32,000 nt of DNA from Alkalilimnicola ehrlichii MLHE-1 (GTDB taxonomy: Bacteria > Pseudomonadota > Gammaproteobacteria > Nitrococcales > Halorhodospiraceae): contig NC_008340.1 in the NCBI RefSeq assembly GCF_000014785.1, positions 1,350,001 to 1,382,000 on the forward strand, written 5' to 3'. The notes beneath the pieces were generated by a model. That model was given only the letters and a program-made list of their open reading frames with translations. It searched no databases and had not been told where the DNA came from. Numbering within the stretch: the stretch's first letter is position 1; each line of letters opens with the position of its first letter. A program made the translations under genes and the position numbers. Of the stretch, positions 23,849 through 32,000 are shown piece after piece.

Positions 23849-25087
23849 TTAGCGCGGGGTGCTTGGGGGTGTCGGGGCGTCCAGGCCCTGCGGCGTCGCC
23901 TGCATGGCCGCCTGTCTCTGTACCGCCCTGGGTGCGCCATTGGCCAGCAGCACCGCGCCCAGTGAGCAGACCGCCATGATCAGCACAATGGGCAGGAGAG
24001 CCTCACCGGCCAGGCGGGTGGAGAGGGCGCTGACGGCACCCGCCACCGTGAATTGGGTGGCGCCCAGCAAGGCGGCGGCGGTGCCACCCAGGTTGGGGAA
24101 GTAGTCCAGGGCCCCCGCCAGGCTGTTGGGGACGATGGCGCCCATGCAACCGGTGACCGCCATCAGACAGGCCACCACGGCCCAGGAGGGCGCATCCAGC
24201 AGCACCAGCAGGATAAGCAGGGCGATGGCGAGGTGCTGCGTCGCGACCGCGGTGCGCAGGATGTGCACCGAGGGAAAGCGCAGGAGCAGGCGGCGGTTGA
24301 CCAGGTTCAGCACGGCCATGGCCGCCACATTGGCAGCGAACAACGCCGCGAAGGCGCTGCTGGAGAACCCGAACCACCCCTGGTAGATGAACGAGGCGTG
24401 GGTAATGAACACCAACATGGCACTGAAGGCCAGGGTCTGCAGGGCAATGAAGCGCATGGCCACCCGGTGCCGCAGTACCAGCAGGTAGTTGGTGACCAGC
24501 GATTGGACCGGCGTGCGCGCGGGGACGCGTACCGGGATGCGCCGGAACAACCGGTAATGCAGCAACACCCCGAGCAACAGCGCGTAGCCGCCAAGCGCGT
24601 AATAGATGGCGGGCCAGTTACTGACCGCCAGCAGGGCGCTGCCCAGGGCAGGGGCCGAGGCCGGGGCGATGAACATCACCAGGCCGATCAACCCGAACAG
24701 GCGGGCGGCCTCGTTGCCCCGGCACTGGTCGCGGACAATGGCCGGGACGGACACCGCGCAGAAGGCGCCGCCCACTCCCTGGACCACCCGCCACGCCAGC
24801 ATCTCGTTCAGGCTGTCCGCCTGCGCCACCATAAAGGCCGCGGCGGCGAAGACCGCCAGCCCCAGCAGCAGCACCCGCTGACGGCCGTAGCGGTCGGACA
24901 ACGGGCCGCCGATCAGTTGTGCCAGACCGAGGGCAAAGACATAGGCGCTCAGCGTCAGGCCCACATCCGCCTTGCTGACGCCCAGGTCGCCGGCGATGGC
25001 CGGGAAAGCGGGCAAATAGGCATCCAGGGCCAACGGCCCCAGGGCGACCGTCATGCCGAGCAGAATCGCGAGTTGATAATGGGGCAT
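23849..25087 (-). CDS. Bcr/CflA family drug resistance MFS transporter
   Basis: 12-TM-like protein; GPLALDAYLPAFPAIAGDLGVSKADVGLTLSAYVFALGLAQLIGGPLSDRYGRQRVL; RALVRDxx-like region IVRDQCRGNEAARLF. Confidence 0.93.
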   Translation of the reverse strand: MPHYQLAILLGMTVALGPLALDAYLPAFPAIAGDLGVSKADVGLTLSAYVFALGLAQLIGGPLSDRYGRQRVLLLGLAVFAAAAFMVAQADSLNEMLAWRVVQGVGGAFCAVSVPAIVRDQCRGNEAARLFGLIGLVMFIAPASAPALGSALLAVSNWPAIYYALGGYALLLGVLLHYRLFRRIPVRVPARTPVQSLVTNYLLVLRHRVAMRFIALQTLAFSAMLVFITHASFIYQGWFGFSSSAFAALFAANVAAMAVLNLVNRRLLLRFPSVHILRTAVATQHLAIALLILLVLLDAPSWAVVACLMAVTGCMGAIVPNSLAGALDYFPNLGGTAAALLGATQFTVAGAVSALSTRLAGEALLPIVLIMAVCSLGAVLLANGAPRAVQRQAAMQATPQGLDAPTPPSTPR

Positions 25088-25172
25088 TGACTCACCTGAT
25101 GAGCGCTAAAAGGCGCCTTGTGCGCTATTCCGTACGGGTGACTTGCCGGTCAGTCCGCCTTACACTGAACTT

Positions 25173-26477
25173 ATGGTCATTCAGGGTATGCCTTTTGTGC
25201 CGGGCGAGGCGGCCGGCCGGATCACCTACGAACCTGCCGATGCTTCGGACAGCCATATCCTTGTGCTGCCCTACGCCGAGACCTTCTCCCTGGAGCGCAT
25301 CCCGGCCGGTCTGGTGGTGTTGGGCGGTGCTCCGCTGGCTCACCCCTTGATCCAATTGCAGCAGCTTGGTGTGCCCACGGTGCTGCTCCATGCCCGGCAG
25401 GGCGACGCCCTGCACCCCGGCGAGCACTTCCATTTGGACGGGACCAGCGGCGTGCTGAGCCCCGCCGCCGGTCGTCCGGAACGGAGCCAGGTTCAGAGGG
25501 TAGCCCGCCAGAGTGGGCGTGTTCGGACTCGCGACGGTGTGCCGGTGCATCTGCGCGCCACGGTGACGGGCGAGTTGGGGGCCCGGACCGCCCGCGATGT
25601 CGAGGCCGATGCCATCGGTCTGGTGCACAGCGAGTACCTCACGCCGGCCTTGGCGCGGATGCCCGATCAGGCCTACTACGAGAAGGCGTTCGGGGCGATC
25701 TGCCGGGCGGCGGAGCCGTTGCCGGTCACCGTACGGCTGCTGGATATCTCGGTGGACAAGAAGCCCGCCTGGTTGGGTGAGCTGGCCGGTCTGACCGGCC
25801 TGCTCGGCCTGCAAGGATCACGACTCTATGATATACCACCGGTCAAGAGCGTGGTGGAGGCCCAGGCGGCGGCGTTGGCCACGCTGGCCCGTCACTACGA
25901 GCTTCGGGTGGTGATCCCCTTTGTCAACAGTCCGGAGGAGTTCCGCCATTGGCGCAACCGCCTGCGCCGCTGGTTGCCGCCGGTCATCCCCCTGGGGCCC
26001 ATGGTGGAGACACCGGCGGCGGCGTTGTCACTGCAGCAGCTGGACGCCGTGGCTGACTTCGTCAGTATCGGTACCAACGACCTGATGCAGTGCTTCTTCG
26101 GGGCCGACCGCGATATCCCCCAGGTGGCCGGCCACCTGGACCCCTACGCCCCCTCGCTCTATCGCCTGCTGCAGGTGGCGACCCGGGACGTGAACGTCAC
26201 CCGGGTCCAGCTCTGTGGCTTGCTGCAGCAGTTGCCCGGGGTGTTGCCGGTCCTCATCGGACTGGGTTTCCGGCGCTTCAGCGTCAGCCCCCGGCTGGTG
26301 CCCCGGCTCTCCGAGGTGGTGGCCGCCACAGACAGCCGCAGGGCCTATGAGCAGGCCCAGCGGATCTGTACCGCCCGGGACAGTCAGGAGGTGCGGGCGC
26401 TGCTTGGCTTTGGGCCGGGCGGTGATGAGCCCGCCGTACCGTGGCAGGTGGGCGAGGTCCGGCTGGGCCTGCGTTAA
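25173..26477 (+). CDS. Solo PEP-utilizing-enzyme / PTS Enzyme-I-like protein (lacks HPr-binding domain; several catalytic positions altered)
   Basis: Likely start ATG 25173 (MVIQGMPFVPGEAAGRITY; ORF track 25143). Swivelling domain GGAPLAHPLIQLQQLGVPTVL; barrel motifs DAIGLVHSEYL, TVRLLDISVDKKP, VVIPFVNSPEEF, ADFVSIGTNDLMQ, VQLCGLL. Confidence 0.85.
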   Translation: MVIQGMPFVPGEAAGRITYEPADASDSHILVLPYAETFSLERIPAGLVVLGGAPLAHPLIQLQQLGVPTVLLHARQGDALHPGEHFHLDGTSGVLSPAAGRPERSQVQRVARQSGRVRTRDGVPVHLRATVTGELGARTARDVEADAIGLVHSEYLTPALARMPDQAYYEKAFGAICRAAEPLPVTVRLLDISVDKKPAWLGELAGLTGLLGLQGSRLYDIPPVKSVVEAQAAALATLARHYELRVVIPFVNSPEEFRHWRNRLRRWLPPVIPLGPMVETPAAALSLQQLDAVADFVSIGTNDLMQCFFGADRDIPQVAGHLDPYAPSLYRLLQVATRDVNVTRVQLCGLLQQLPGVLPVLIGLGFRRFSVSPRLVPRLSEVVAATDSRRAYEQAQRICTARDSQEVRALLGFGPGGDEPAVPWQVGEVRLGLR

Positions 26478-26514
26478 CCGACTTGCGCCTCGGTCGTCCC
26501 GGGCCACCCGGTGA

Positions 26515-26727
26515 TCAGTCGCCCTGCCGGGTCGAAGGGCAGGGGGCCCCGCAGGGGGCACAGGCCGCGCTGCCCTCGCGCTGATTCAGGGTGGTCTCCA
26601 GGCCACCGACACCCAGGTTGGTCTTGAAGGTGGGGCTGGTGAAGTGGTCGGCCATCACGGCGCCCGTGACCAGGAGCAGGGCGGCCAGGACACGCCAGCG
26701 TTTGTACCCGCGGTTCGGTTCGCTCAC
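26515..26727 (-). CDS. Small single-TM protein with C-terminal cysteines
   Basis: MSEPNRGYKRWRVLAALLLVTGAVMADHFTSPTFKTNLGVGGLETTLNQREGSAACAPCGAPCPSTRQGD; immediately downstream of YeeE/YedE gene on same strand. Confidence 0.55.
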   Translation of the reverse strand: MSEPNRGYKRWRVLAALLLVTGAVMADHFTSPTFKTNLGVGGLETTLNQREGSAACAPCGAPCPSTRQGD

Positions 26728-26737
26728 TTCGCCCCCC

Positions 26738-27961
26738 TTACCGATTGCTCAGGTTGAAGAAGGGGCGCAGGCGGATGCCGATCAGGGAGCCGACCCAGGC
26801 GGCGGCGAACCACACCCAGCCATGCAGGCTGGCCGAGGCGATGCCGCTGAACAGCGCGCCGATGTTGCAGCCGAAACCCAGGCGCGCACCATAGCCCATC
26901 AACAGACCGCCGAGAATGGCTGCCAGCAGTGAGCGGGGCGGTATCCGTCCGGCGCTCGCCTTGTTGTACTTGTTGGCCAGGCCGGCGGCCAGCATGGCGC
27001 CCAGGAACACCCCGAAGTTGGTCACCGAGGTCACATTCACCAGCACGCTGTCGCGCAGTGCCAGGGCGGGGTAGTCCCAGGTCCAGAATTCGAACTGGGC
27101 CAAATCGACGCCGACCGCCTGCAGGACCTTCGCCCCCCAAAGGCCGAAGGCAAAGGTGATGCCCCAGGGGTGACCGGAGAGCAATAGGATCGCAAGGTTC
27201 CCCAGGGCGAGGACCACCACCGCCCAGATCAGCGGCCATTGGCCGGTGAAAAAGGTCTGCAGCCACCCCTGGTCCGGGCCCGGACCGACGAACACCTTGC
27301 GCTCCACGTCGCCATGGTGACGCCGCTCCAGGTGGCTGATCCACGCCGTGAGGGCGGCGATCACCGCCAGTTGCACGCCGATGGCGCCGACCGGGCTGAG
27401 GCTGATGCTCAGGTTCACCGGATCGGCCCCCGGCTGATCCAGCCACCAGGGCAGGTGGAAGGTGCCCACCACTGAGCCGACGATGAAGAAGACCAGGGTT
27501 AGCACCATGCGGATGTTGCCGGCACCGACCGTGAACAGGGTACCGGAGCCGCAACCACCGCCCAACTGCATGCCGAGCCCGAACAGAAATGAGCCCAGCA
27601 CCAGCGAGACACCCACCGGCGCCAGTGCACCGGTCATGCTGCCGGCCTCGGCCCCGGCCAGCACCGGTACAAACAGCACCGTGGCCAGGGCCAGCAGGGC
27701 CAACTGCGCGCGCAACCCGGCACTGCGCCGCTCCACCACAAACCGGCGCCAGCCGCCGGTGAAGCCGAAGGCGCCGTGGTAGAGCGCCACCCCCAGCAGG
27801 CCGCCGATGAGGAAGAGGACGGCCATGAAGGGTGCCGTCTCCAGCCAGATCAGCCCGCCCAGCAGGGCGAAGCCCAGCAGTGCCGTGGCGACGATGAAAC
27901 GGTCGATCCCGCCCCGGTCCTCCTGGACTTGTGCGGTGACCGAGGTTGCGGTGCTTGCCAT
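26738..27961 (-). CDS. YeeE/YedE family (TsuA-like) sulfur/thiosulfate transporter, fused two-half form
   Basis: Multiple TMs and the paired signature motifs GLGMQLGGGCGSGTLFTVGAGN and GYGARLGFGCNIGALFSGIA. Confidence 0.93.
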   Translation of the reverse strand: MASTATSVTAQVQEDRGGIDRFIVATALLGFALLGGLIWLETAPFMAVLFLIGGLLGVALYHGAFGFTGGWRRFVVERRSAGLRAQLALLALATVLFVPVLAGAEAGSMTGALAPVGVSLVLGSFLFGLGMQLGGGCGSGTLFTVGAGNIRMVLTLVFFIVGSVVGTFHLPWWLDQPGADPVNLSISLSPVGAIGVQLAVIAALTAWISHLERRHHGDVERKVFVGPGPDQGWLQTFFTGQWPLIWAVVVLALGNLAILLLSGHPWGITFAFGLWGAKVLQAVGVDLAQFEFWTWDYPALALRDSVLVNVTSVTNFGVFLGAMLAAGLANKYNKASAGRIPPRSLLAAILGGLLMGYGARLGFGCNIGALFSGIASASLHGWVWFAAAWVGSLIGIRLRPFFNLSNR

Positions 27962-28039
27962 TCACTACTCCTGTGGCGAACGGTTCGCAGGGCGGGACCT
28001 GCGAACCGGGGAAAACGGTCTGTCGGGAGCGCCCTAGTT

Positions 28040-28999
28040 TTAGTTGAAGAAGCGCTCAATCAGTCGGGCCAGCCCCTGGCGCTCCACCTGCAGCGGGCGC
28101 TCGGCGTCGGCGCTCCACTCCACCATGGAGCCGTCGTACATCAGCACGTCGTCGTGACCGGCGATCTCGCTAAGCGCGAACCAACCCACGGAGGCCCAGT
28201 GCCCGGTGTTGCAGAAGGTGACGATCTCGCGCTGCGGATCAACGCCCGCCTCGGCCAGCAGTTGCTGCAGCCGTTGGCTGTCCACTGCGCGACCGGACTC
28301 ATCGACGATCAGGCGGGCCTCTTCCACATTCTTGGCCCCGGGGATGGTGCCGTGCGCCCGGGCCGCCGGATGCCCGCCGCGGCCCAGGTAGTGCGCCTGC
28401 GGCCGGTTGTCCACCAGCTGGGCGCCGCGCTCGCGCCACTCCAGTAGTCTTTCGGTGGTGCCAACCATCTCCGGTCGGAAATCCGCTGCGAAGTCGCTGC
28501 GCGGGCGTTCATGACCGCCGGTGGCCACCGGCAGCCCGGCCTCCTGCCAAGCGCGGAAGCCGCCGTTGAGGATGCTGACCCGGTCGTGGCCCAGGACCTT
28601 GAAGGTCCAGTAGATCCGGGCGGCGCTGCCGAAGTCCAGGCCATCAGTACCCGCAGCGGTGATCACCACATGGTCGTCGTTACTGATGCCCAGCTCGCGG
28701 ATCAGCCGCTCGAGCGATGCCACGTCCGGGAGCTGCGCGGGGACGCCCTGGCGCTCCGTGCGCCAGCCCGCCTTCAGGTAGTCGCTGTGGATGGCGCCCG
28801 GGATATGGCCCTCCAGGTAGGTGTCATGGCCACCGCCGTCCAGGGCGTTGCGGACATCCAGGACCACCAGGTCATCGCGCTCCAGTTGCCCCTGGAGCCA
28901 TTCGGGTTCCGCCAGCGGCCGCGCCTCCGGATCGCCCGCCCCGGCGTGGGGGGCCAGGGCCAAGAGGGCGGCGGCGAATAGGCTTGTCAGGATCTTCAT
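28040..28999 (-). CDS. Exported tandem-rhodanese thiosulfate/3-mercaptopyruvate-type sulfurtransferase
   Basis: Signal peptide MKILTSLFAAALLALAPHAGAG; two rhodanese domains (VVLDVRN...GHIPGAIH; QLVDNR...GTIPGAKN), active-site loop CNTGHWAS. Confidence 0.93.
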   Translation of the reverse strand: MKILTSLFAAALLALAPHAGAGDPEARPLAEPEWLQGQLERDDLVVLDVRNALDGGGHDTYLEGHIPGAIHSDYLKAGWRTERQGVPAQLPDVASLERLIRELGISNDDHVVITAAGTDGLDFGSAARIYWTFKVLGHDRVSILNGGFRAWQEAGLPVATGGHERPRSDFAADFRPEMVGTTERLLEWRERGAQLVDNRPQAHYLGRGGHPAARAHGTIPGAKNVEEARLIVDESGRAVDSQRLQQLLAEAGVDPQREIVTFCNTGHWASVGWFALSEIAGHDDVLMYDGSMVEWSADAERPLQVERQGLARLIERFFN

Positions 29000-29161
29000 G
29001 GTCGTCGTCCGAGCATTACCAAGTGTAATGGTTAGTTTATTTATAGATAAAAGTTTTTGTAACCAGCCTTGTTAGATCGATTATGAATTTGGTAAGGCAG
29101 TGACGCACTATCCAGGGGTGAGGCTGAGCGGCCGGCGACCAGGGGATGAGAGGGGGGGGGG

Positions 29162-29189
29162 GTGACAACATTCAAAAAAATTCTATAAT
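29162..29189 (+). promoter_or_regulatory. Candidate sigma70-type promoter abutting a G11 homopolymer
   Basis: GTGACA (29162-29167), 16-nt spacer, TATAAT (29184-29189); the last G of the homopolymer 29152-29162 is the first base of the -35. Confidence 0.55.
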
Positions 29190-29256
29190 ATCGAACCAAC
29201 ACGACGCGGCCCCGGCCGTGACCGGAACAGACGTGGCCTGACCCCTAGGAGGGAAC

Positions 29257-30666
29257 ATGCGAGAGATTGAGGTCGATGTAGCGGTGATTGGCGCCGGCTC
29301 CGCCGGTTTGCGGGCTTATCGCAGTGCCGCCCAATACGCCAAACGGGTGGTGCTGATTGAGGGCGGTGACTACGGCACCACCTGCGCAAGGGTGGGGTGC
29401 ATGCCTAGTAAGCTCCTGATCGCGGCCGCCGAATCGGCGCATCATGCGCGCGGTGCTGCAAAGTTCGGGATCCGGGTGGCGGAACCCGAGGTGGACGGTC
29501 GGGCGGTGATGGAGCGGGTTCGCACCGAGCGCGACCGGTTCGTCGGCAAGGCCACGGCCGTGACGCAGAAGATCCCGGAGGCGGACCGGCTTCACGGGCA
29601 CGCCCGGTTCGAGGACCGGAACACCCTGCGGGTGGGGGATGATTTGCGGGTGCGCGCCGGCAGTGTGGTCATTGCCACCGGCTCACGGCCGCAGGTGCTG
29701 CCGATGTTCGAGGGGCTGGGTGACCGGTTGGTGGTGAATGACGACATCTTCGACTGGATGGACCTGCCCGAGTCGGTGGTGGTCTTCGGTCCCGGTGTGA
29801 TCGGACTGGAGCTGGGGCAGGCGCTGCAGCGGCTAGGGGTGCGGGTCCGGATGTTCGGCATCGGTGGTTTTGTCGGGCCGTTGACGGACCCCGACGTGAA
29901 GGCCATGGCGGAGCGTCACTTTCAGTCCGAGTTCCCGCTGGATGCGGACTCCCGTGTGGAGTCGGTGGCCCGGGAGGGCGACCAGGTGGTGGTCCGCTTC
30001 CGGGACGGGGAGGATGAGCTCCGGGAGGAGCACTTTGAGTACCTGTTGGCCGCCACCGGCCGGCGTCCGAACGTGGACCGGTTGGATATCGGCAATGCCG
30101 GGCTGGCGCTCGATGACCAGGGGCTGCCGGTCTTCGACCGCTATACCCTGCAGTGCGGCGACAGCAGCGTGTTCATCGCCGGTGACGCCAACAACCATCT
30201 GCCTCTGCTCCACGAGGCGGCCGATGAGGGCGTCATTGCCGGGCGGAACGCGGCCCGCTTCCCGGAGGTGGCGCCGGGACATCGGCACTGCCCGCTGAGC
30301 ATCGTCTTCACCGATCCGCAGATCGCGATGGTCGGCGATGCCCGTGCGGAGCTGGAAGAGGGCACCTATGCGGTGGGTGAACTGGATTTCAGCGCCCAGG
30401 CTCGGGCCAGGGTGATGGGCGAGGACCATGGTCTGATGCGGGTCTACGGCCGCTACTCGGACGGCCGGTTCTTGGGGGCGGAGATCTTCACACCCCGGGC
30501 GGAGCACATGGCCCATCTATTGGCCTGGTGCCGGGAACAGGGCCTGACCGTTGCCGAGATGATCGACAAGCCTTACTACCATCCGGTGCTTGAGGAGGGG
30601 TTGCGCAACGCCCTGCAGATGCTTCAGAGCCGTCTGGAACAGGGCCGAGGCCAGGTCCGGCCCTGA
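29257..30666 (+). CDS. Dihydrolipoamide dehydrogenase-like pyridine nucleotide-disulfide oxidoreductase
   Basis: FAD motif VIGAGSAGLRAYRSAAQ, redox CxxxxC (TTCARVGCMPSKLL), NAD motif VFGPGVIGLELGQALQRLG, GDAN, C-terminal dimerisation region YYHPVLEEGLRNAL. Confidence 0.92.
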   Translation: MREIEVDVAVIGAGSAGLRAYRSAAQYAKRVVLIEGGDYGTTCARVGCMPSKLLIAAAESAHHARGAAKFGIRVAEPEVDGRAVMERVRTERDRFVGKATAVTQKIPEADRLHGHARFEDRNTLRVGDDLRVRAGSVVIATGSRPQVLPMFEGLGDRLVVNDDIFDWMDLPESVVVFGPGVIGLELGQALQRLGVRVRMFGIGGFVGPLTDPDVKAMAERHFQSEFPLDADSRVESVAREGDQVVVRFRDGEDELREEHFEYLLAATGRRPNVDRLDIGNAGLALDDQGLPVFDRYTLQCGDSSVFIAGDANNHLPLLHEAADEGVIAGRNAARFPEVAPGHRHCPLSIVFTDPQIAMVGDARAELEEGTYAVGELDFSAQARARVMGEDHGLMRVYGRYSDGRFLGAEIFTPRAEHMAHLLAWCREQGLTVAEMIDKPYYHPVLEEGLRNALQMLQSRLEQGRGQVRP

Positions 30667-30733
30667 TGGGGCGCCGGCGACCGGCCATCGGCATGACCCC
30701 CGCGCTGCGGGGGCGTCCGGTGGGTGGGGGGCG

Positions 30734-31207
30734 TCAGGCGAAGCCCGGCGGATTCCACTCGTCCATCATCTTGCGCCGCGCCGCATCCAGGCGCTCCGAC
30801 ATCAGACTGGCGAAGTGTTTGAGGATGGCGTAGCCCAGCCTCGGGTCCTTCTCGCAGTGCTGGCGGATGACCTCGCCCTCGAACTCCACCAGCCGGGTCG
30901 GTGCCTCGGCGCGTGCCTGGAAGGTCCATCGGTAGGGTGGGATCAGCCAGGACCAGCCCAGCACTTGGCCTGCCGTCAGGCTTTGTACCTCCAGTGTCGG
31001 CCCTTCAATGGCAGGGACCTCGATCACAATGTTGCCATCCTTGAGCAAATAAAAGTGACGGGCCGGATCGCCGTTGCTGAACAGCACCTCGTCCTTGTCC
31101 AGGGAGATCTCGCTGGCATGTTCGGCCAGCAGGTCCAGTACGGCATTGTCGAAATCGGAGAAGAAATCCTGATCGGCCAGGAATTGTTTGATCGCTGCTT
31201 TGGTCAC
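30734..31207 (-). CDS. Cyclic nucleotide-binding (Crp/cNMP-type) domain protein without an HTH domain
   Basis: VLFSNGDPARHFYLLKDGNIVIEVP...LTAGQVLGWSWLIPPYRWTFQARAEAPTRLVEFEGEVIRQHCEKDPRLGYAILKHFASLMSERL; ends at 157 aa with no DNA-binding domain. Confidence 0.87.
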   Translation of the reverse strand: MTKAAIKQFLADQDFFSDFDNAVLDLLAEHASEISLDKDEVLFSNGDPARHFYLLKDGNIVIEVPAIEGPTLEVQSLTAGQVLGWSWLIPPYRWTFQARAEAPTRLVEFEGEVIRQHCEKDPRLGYAILKHFASLMSERLDAARRKMMDEWNPPGFA

Positions 31208-31475
31208 GGTGCTACCTCCTTGCCCGTCCGCCGCCGTTTGCGGTTATGGTTCGGGCCAGCCAGTGCCTTCTTATGATTCTTTAGAGCCCGCGGGCGACTT
31301 TGGTGTTCCCGCGGACCGACGTATTTTGTGCGGAGCACTGCCCCCAGCCTAGACTAAGCGGCGGGGCGTGTAACCCTGCACCGAGGCGGCAGATCAGCAC
31401 ACCGGCCCGACGCCCCGCGGGCGAAACGTAGGGTGGCTGCCGCCGGTGAGCGGCCGGTCAAACGGCGGGAGGCAG

Positions 31476-31784
31476 ATGATGAAAGTGACGGTGGATTTGT
31501 GCGTGATTCCCCTCGGGGCCGGGGTCTCTCTGGGCGGGTATATTGCCGCCTGTGAGCGGGTCCTGGAGGACGCCGGACTGAGCCACGAACTCCATCCCTA
31601 CGGCACCAATATCGAAGGCGAGTGGGACGCGGTCTTCGCCGCCGTCCGCCGTTGCCATGAGGTGGTGCACGACATGGGCGCCCCGCGGGTCTTTACCACC
31701 CTCAAAGTGGGCACCCGCACCGATCGGGACCAGTCCCTGCAGGACAAGGTGGCGAGTGTGCATCGCCATCTGGGCCAGGCATGA
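31476..31784 (+). CDS. MTH1187/YkoF-like (thiamine-binding family) protein
   Basis: MMKVTVDLCVIPLGAGVSLGGYIAACERVLEDAGLSHELHPYGTNIEGEWDAVFAAVRRCHEVVHDMGAPRVFTTLKVGTRTDR. Confidence 0.88.
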   Translation: MMKVTVDLCVIPLGAGVSLGGYIAACERVLEDAGLSHELHPYGTNIEGEWDAVFAAVRRCHEVVHDMGAPRVFTTLKVGTRTDRDQSLQDKVASVHRHLGQA

Positions 31785-32000
31785 GGGTGTTCCGCACCCT
31801 TTTCCCCGCGGAAAGCCGGCGCCTGCCCGCTCAGCGTTGGGTCAACATCGGGCTGCGCTCTCTGCACCTGATGGGGACGGCCGGACTCGGCGGCGCCTAC
31901 CTCTATGAGGCGCCGCAGGCGGCCTGGTTGCCCTATTTCTGGCTGACCATGGTGTCCGGGGTGTTGATGGCGGCTATCCACATCTGGAACAACGGGATCT
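31781..32000 (+). CDS. Integral membrane protein, truncated at window end
   Basis: ATGA overlap with upstream gene; MRVFRTLFPAESRRLPAQRWVNIGLRSLHLMGTAGLGGAYLYEAPQAAWLPYFWLTMVSGVLMAAIHIWNNGI... (open at the edge). Confidence 0.7.
   Translation, partial: MRVFRTLFPAESRRLPAQRWVNIGLRSLHLMGTAGLGGAYLYEAPQAAWLPYFWLTMVSGVLMAAIHIWNNGI

Noticed and set aside
30697-30713. CCCCCGC-GCT-GCGGGGG hairpin after the Lpd-like gene as a terminator
   Set aside because: The 7-bp stem is perfect but has no T-tract on either side; plausible but too weak to list as a feature.
1-32000. Prophage, transposon, toxin-antitoxin or defence island
   Set aside because: No integrase, transposase, phage structural, nuclease-effector or restriction-modification signatures were recognised in any plausible ORF. 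The Ubl/E1/JAMM genes lack the E2-like or nucleotidyltransferase (CD-NTase) genes expected of a CBASS/Bil-type defence operon, so I favour sulfur transfer over antiphage function.

Overview
GC-rich chromosomal window from a gammaproteobacterium (Ectothiorhodospiraceae-like by overall gene content; this is an inference). It is densely packed with genes and shows no prophage, transposase, CRISPR array, rRNA or tRNA that I can support. Main content: a partial soluble MCP with a C-terminal sensor; PBP1b; a TPR lipoprotein; a DinG/YoaA-type helicase; DUF1992; a beta-propeller protein divergent from a JAMM peptidase plus ThiS/MoaD-rhodanese-ThiF fusion gene pair; a diheme cytochrome c and a cytochrome c'; DUF2721; an overlapping minus-strand operon (small membrane protein, degenerate-GGDEF protein, EamA transporter, RuBisCO-like protein, cupin, CNNM/CorC protein); RraA-like; Hsp15; a tandem array of six ~78-80 bp hairpin repeats; error-prone DnaE2 with a LexA-box-like palindrome; a Bcr/CflA MFS protein; a solo, degenerate PTS Enzyme-I-like protein; YeeE/YedE plus exported rhodanese; a dihydrolipoamide-dehydrogenase-like flavoprotein; a cyclic-nucleotide-binding protein; and a thiamine-binding-like protein. 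The strongest leads are: (1) the ubiquitin-like (VAGG)-rhodanese-E1 fusion coupled to a JAMM protease, with the diglycine internal and therefore needing processing; (2) the RuBisCO-like protein + cupin pair, suggestive of an MTA-isoprenoid-type shunt; (3) the six-copy palindromic repeat array; (4) the SOS-like box upstream of dnaE2; (5) the poly-G tract abutting a promoter; and (6) two proteins with degenerate catalytic motifs (GGDEF and EI-like).
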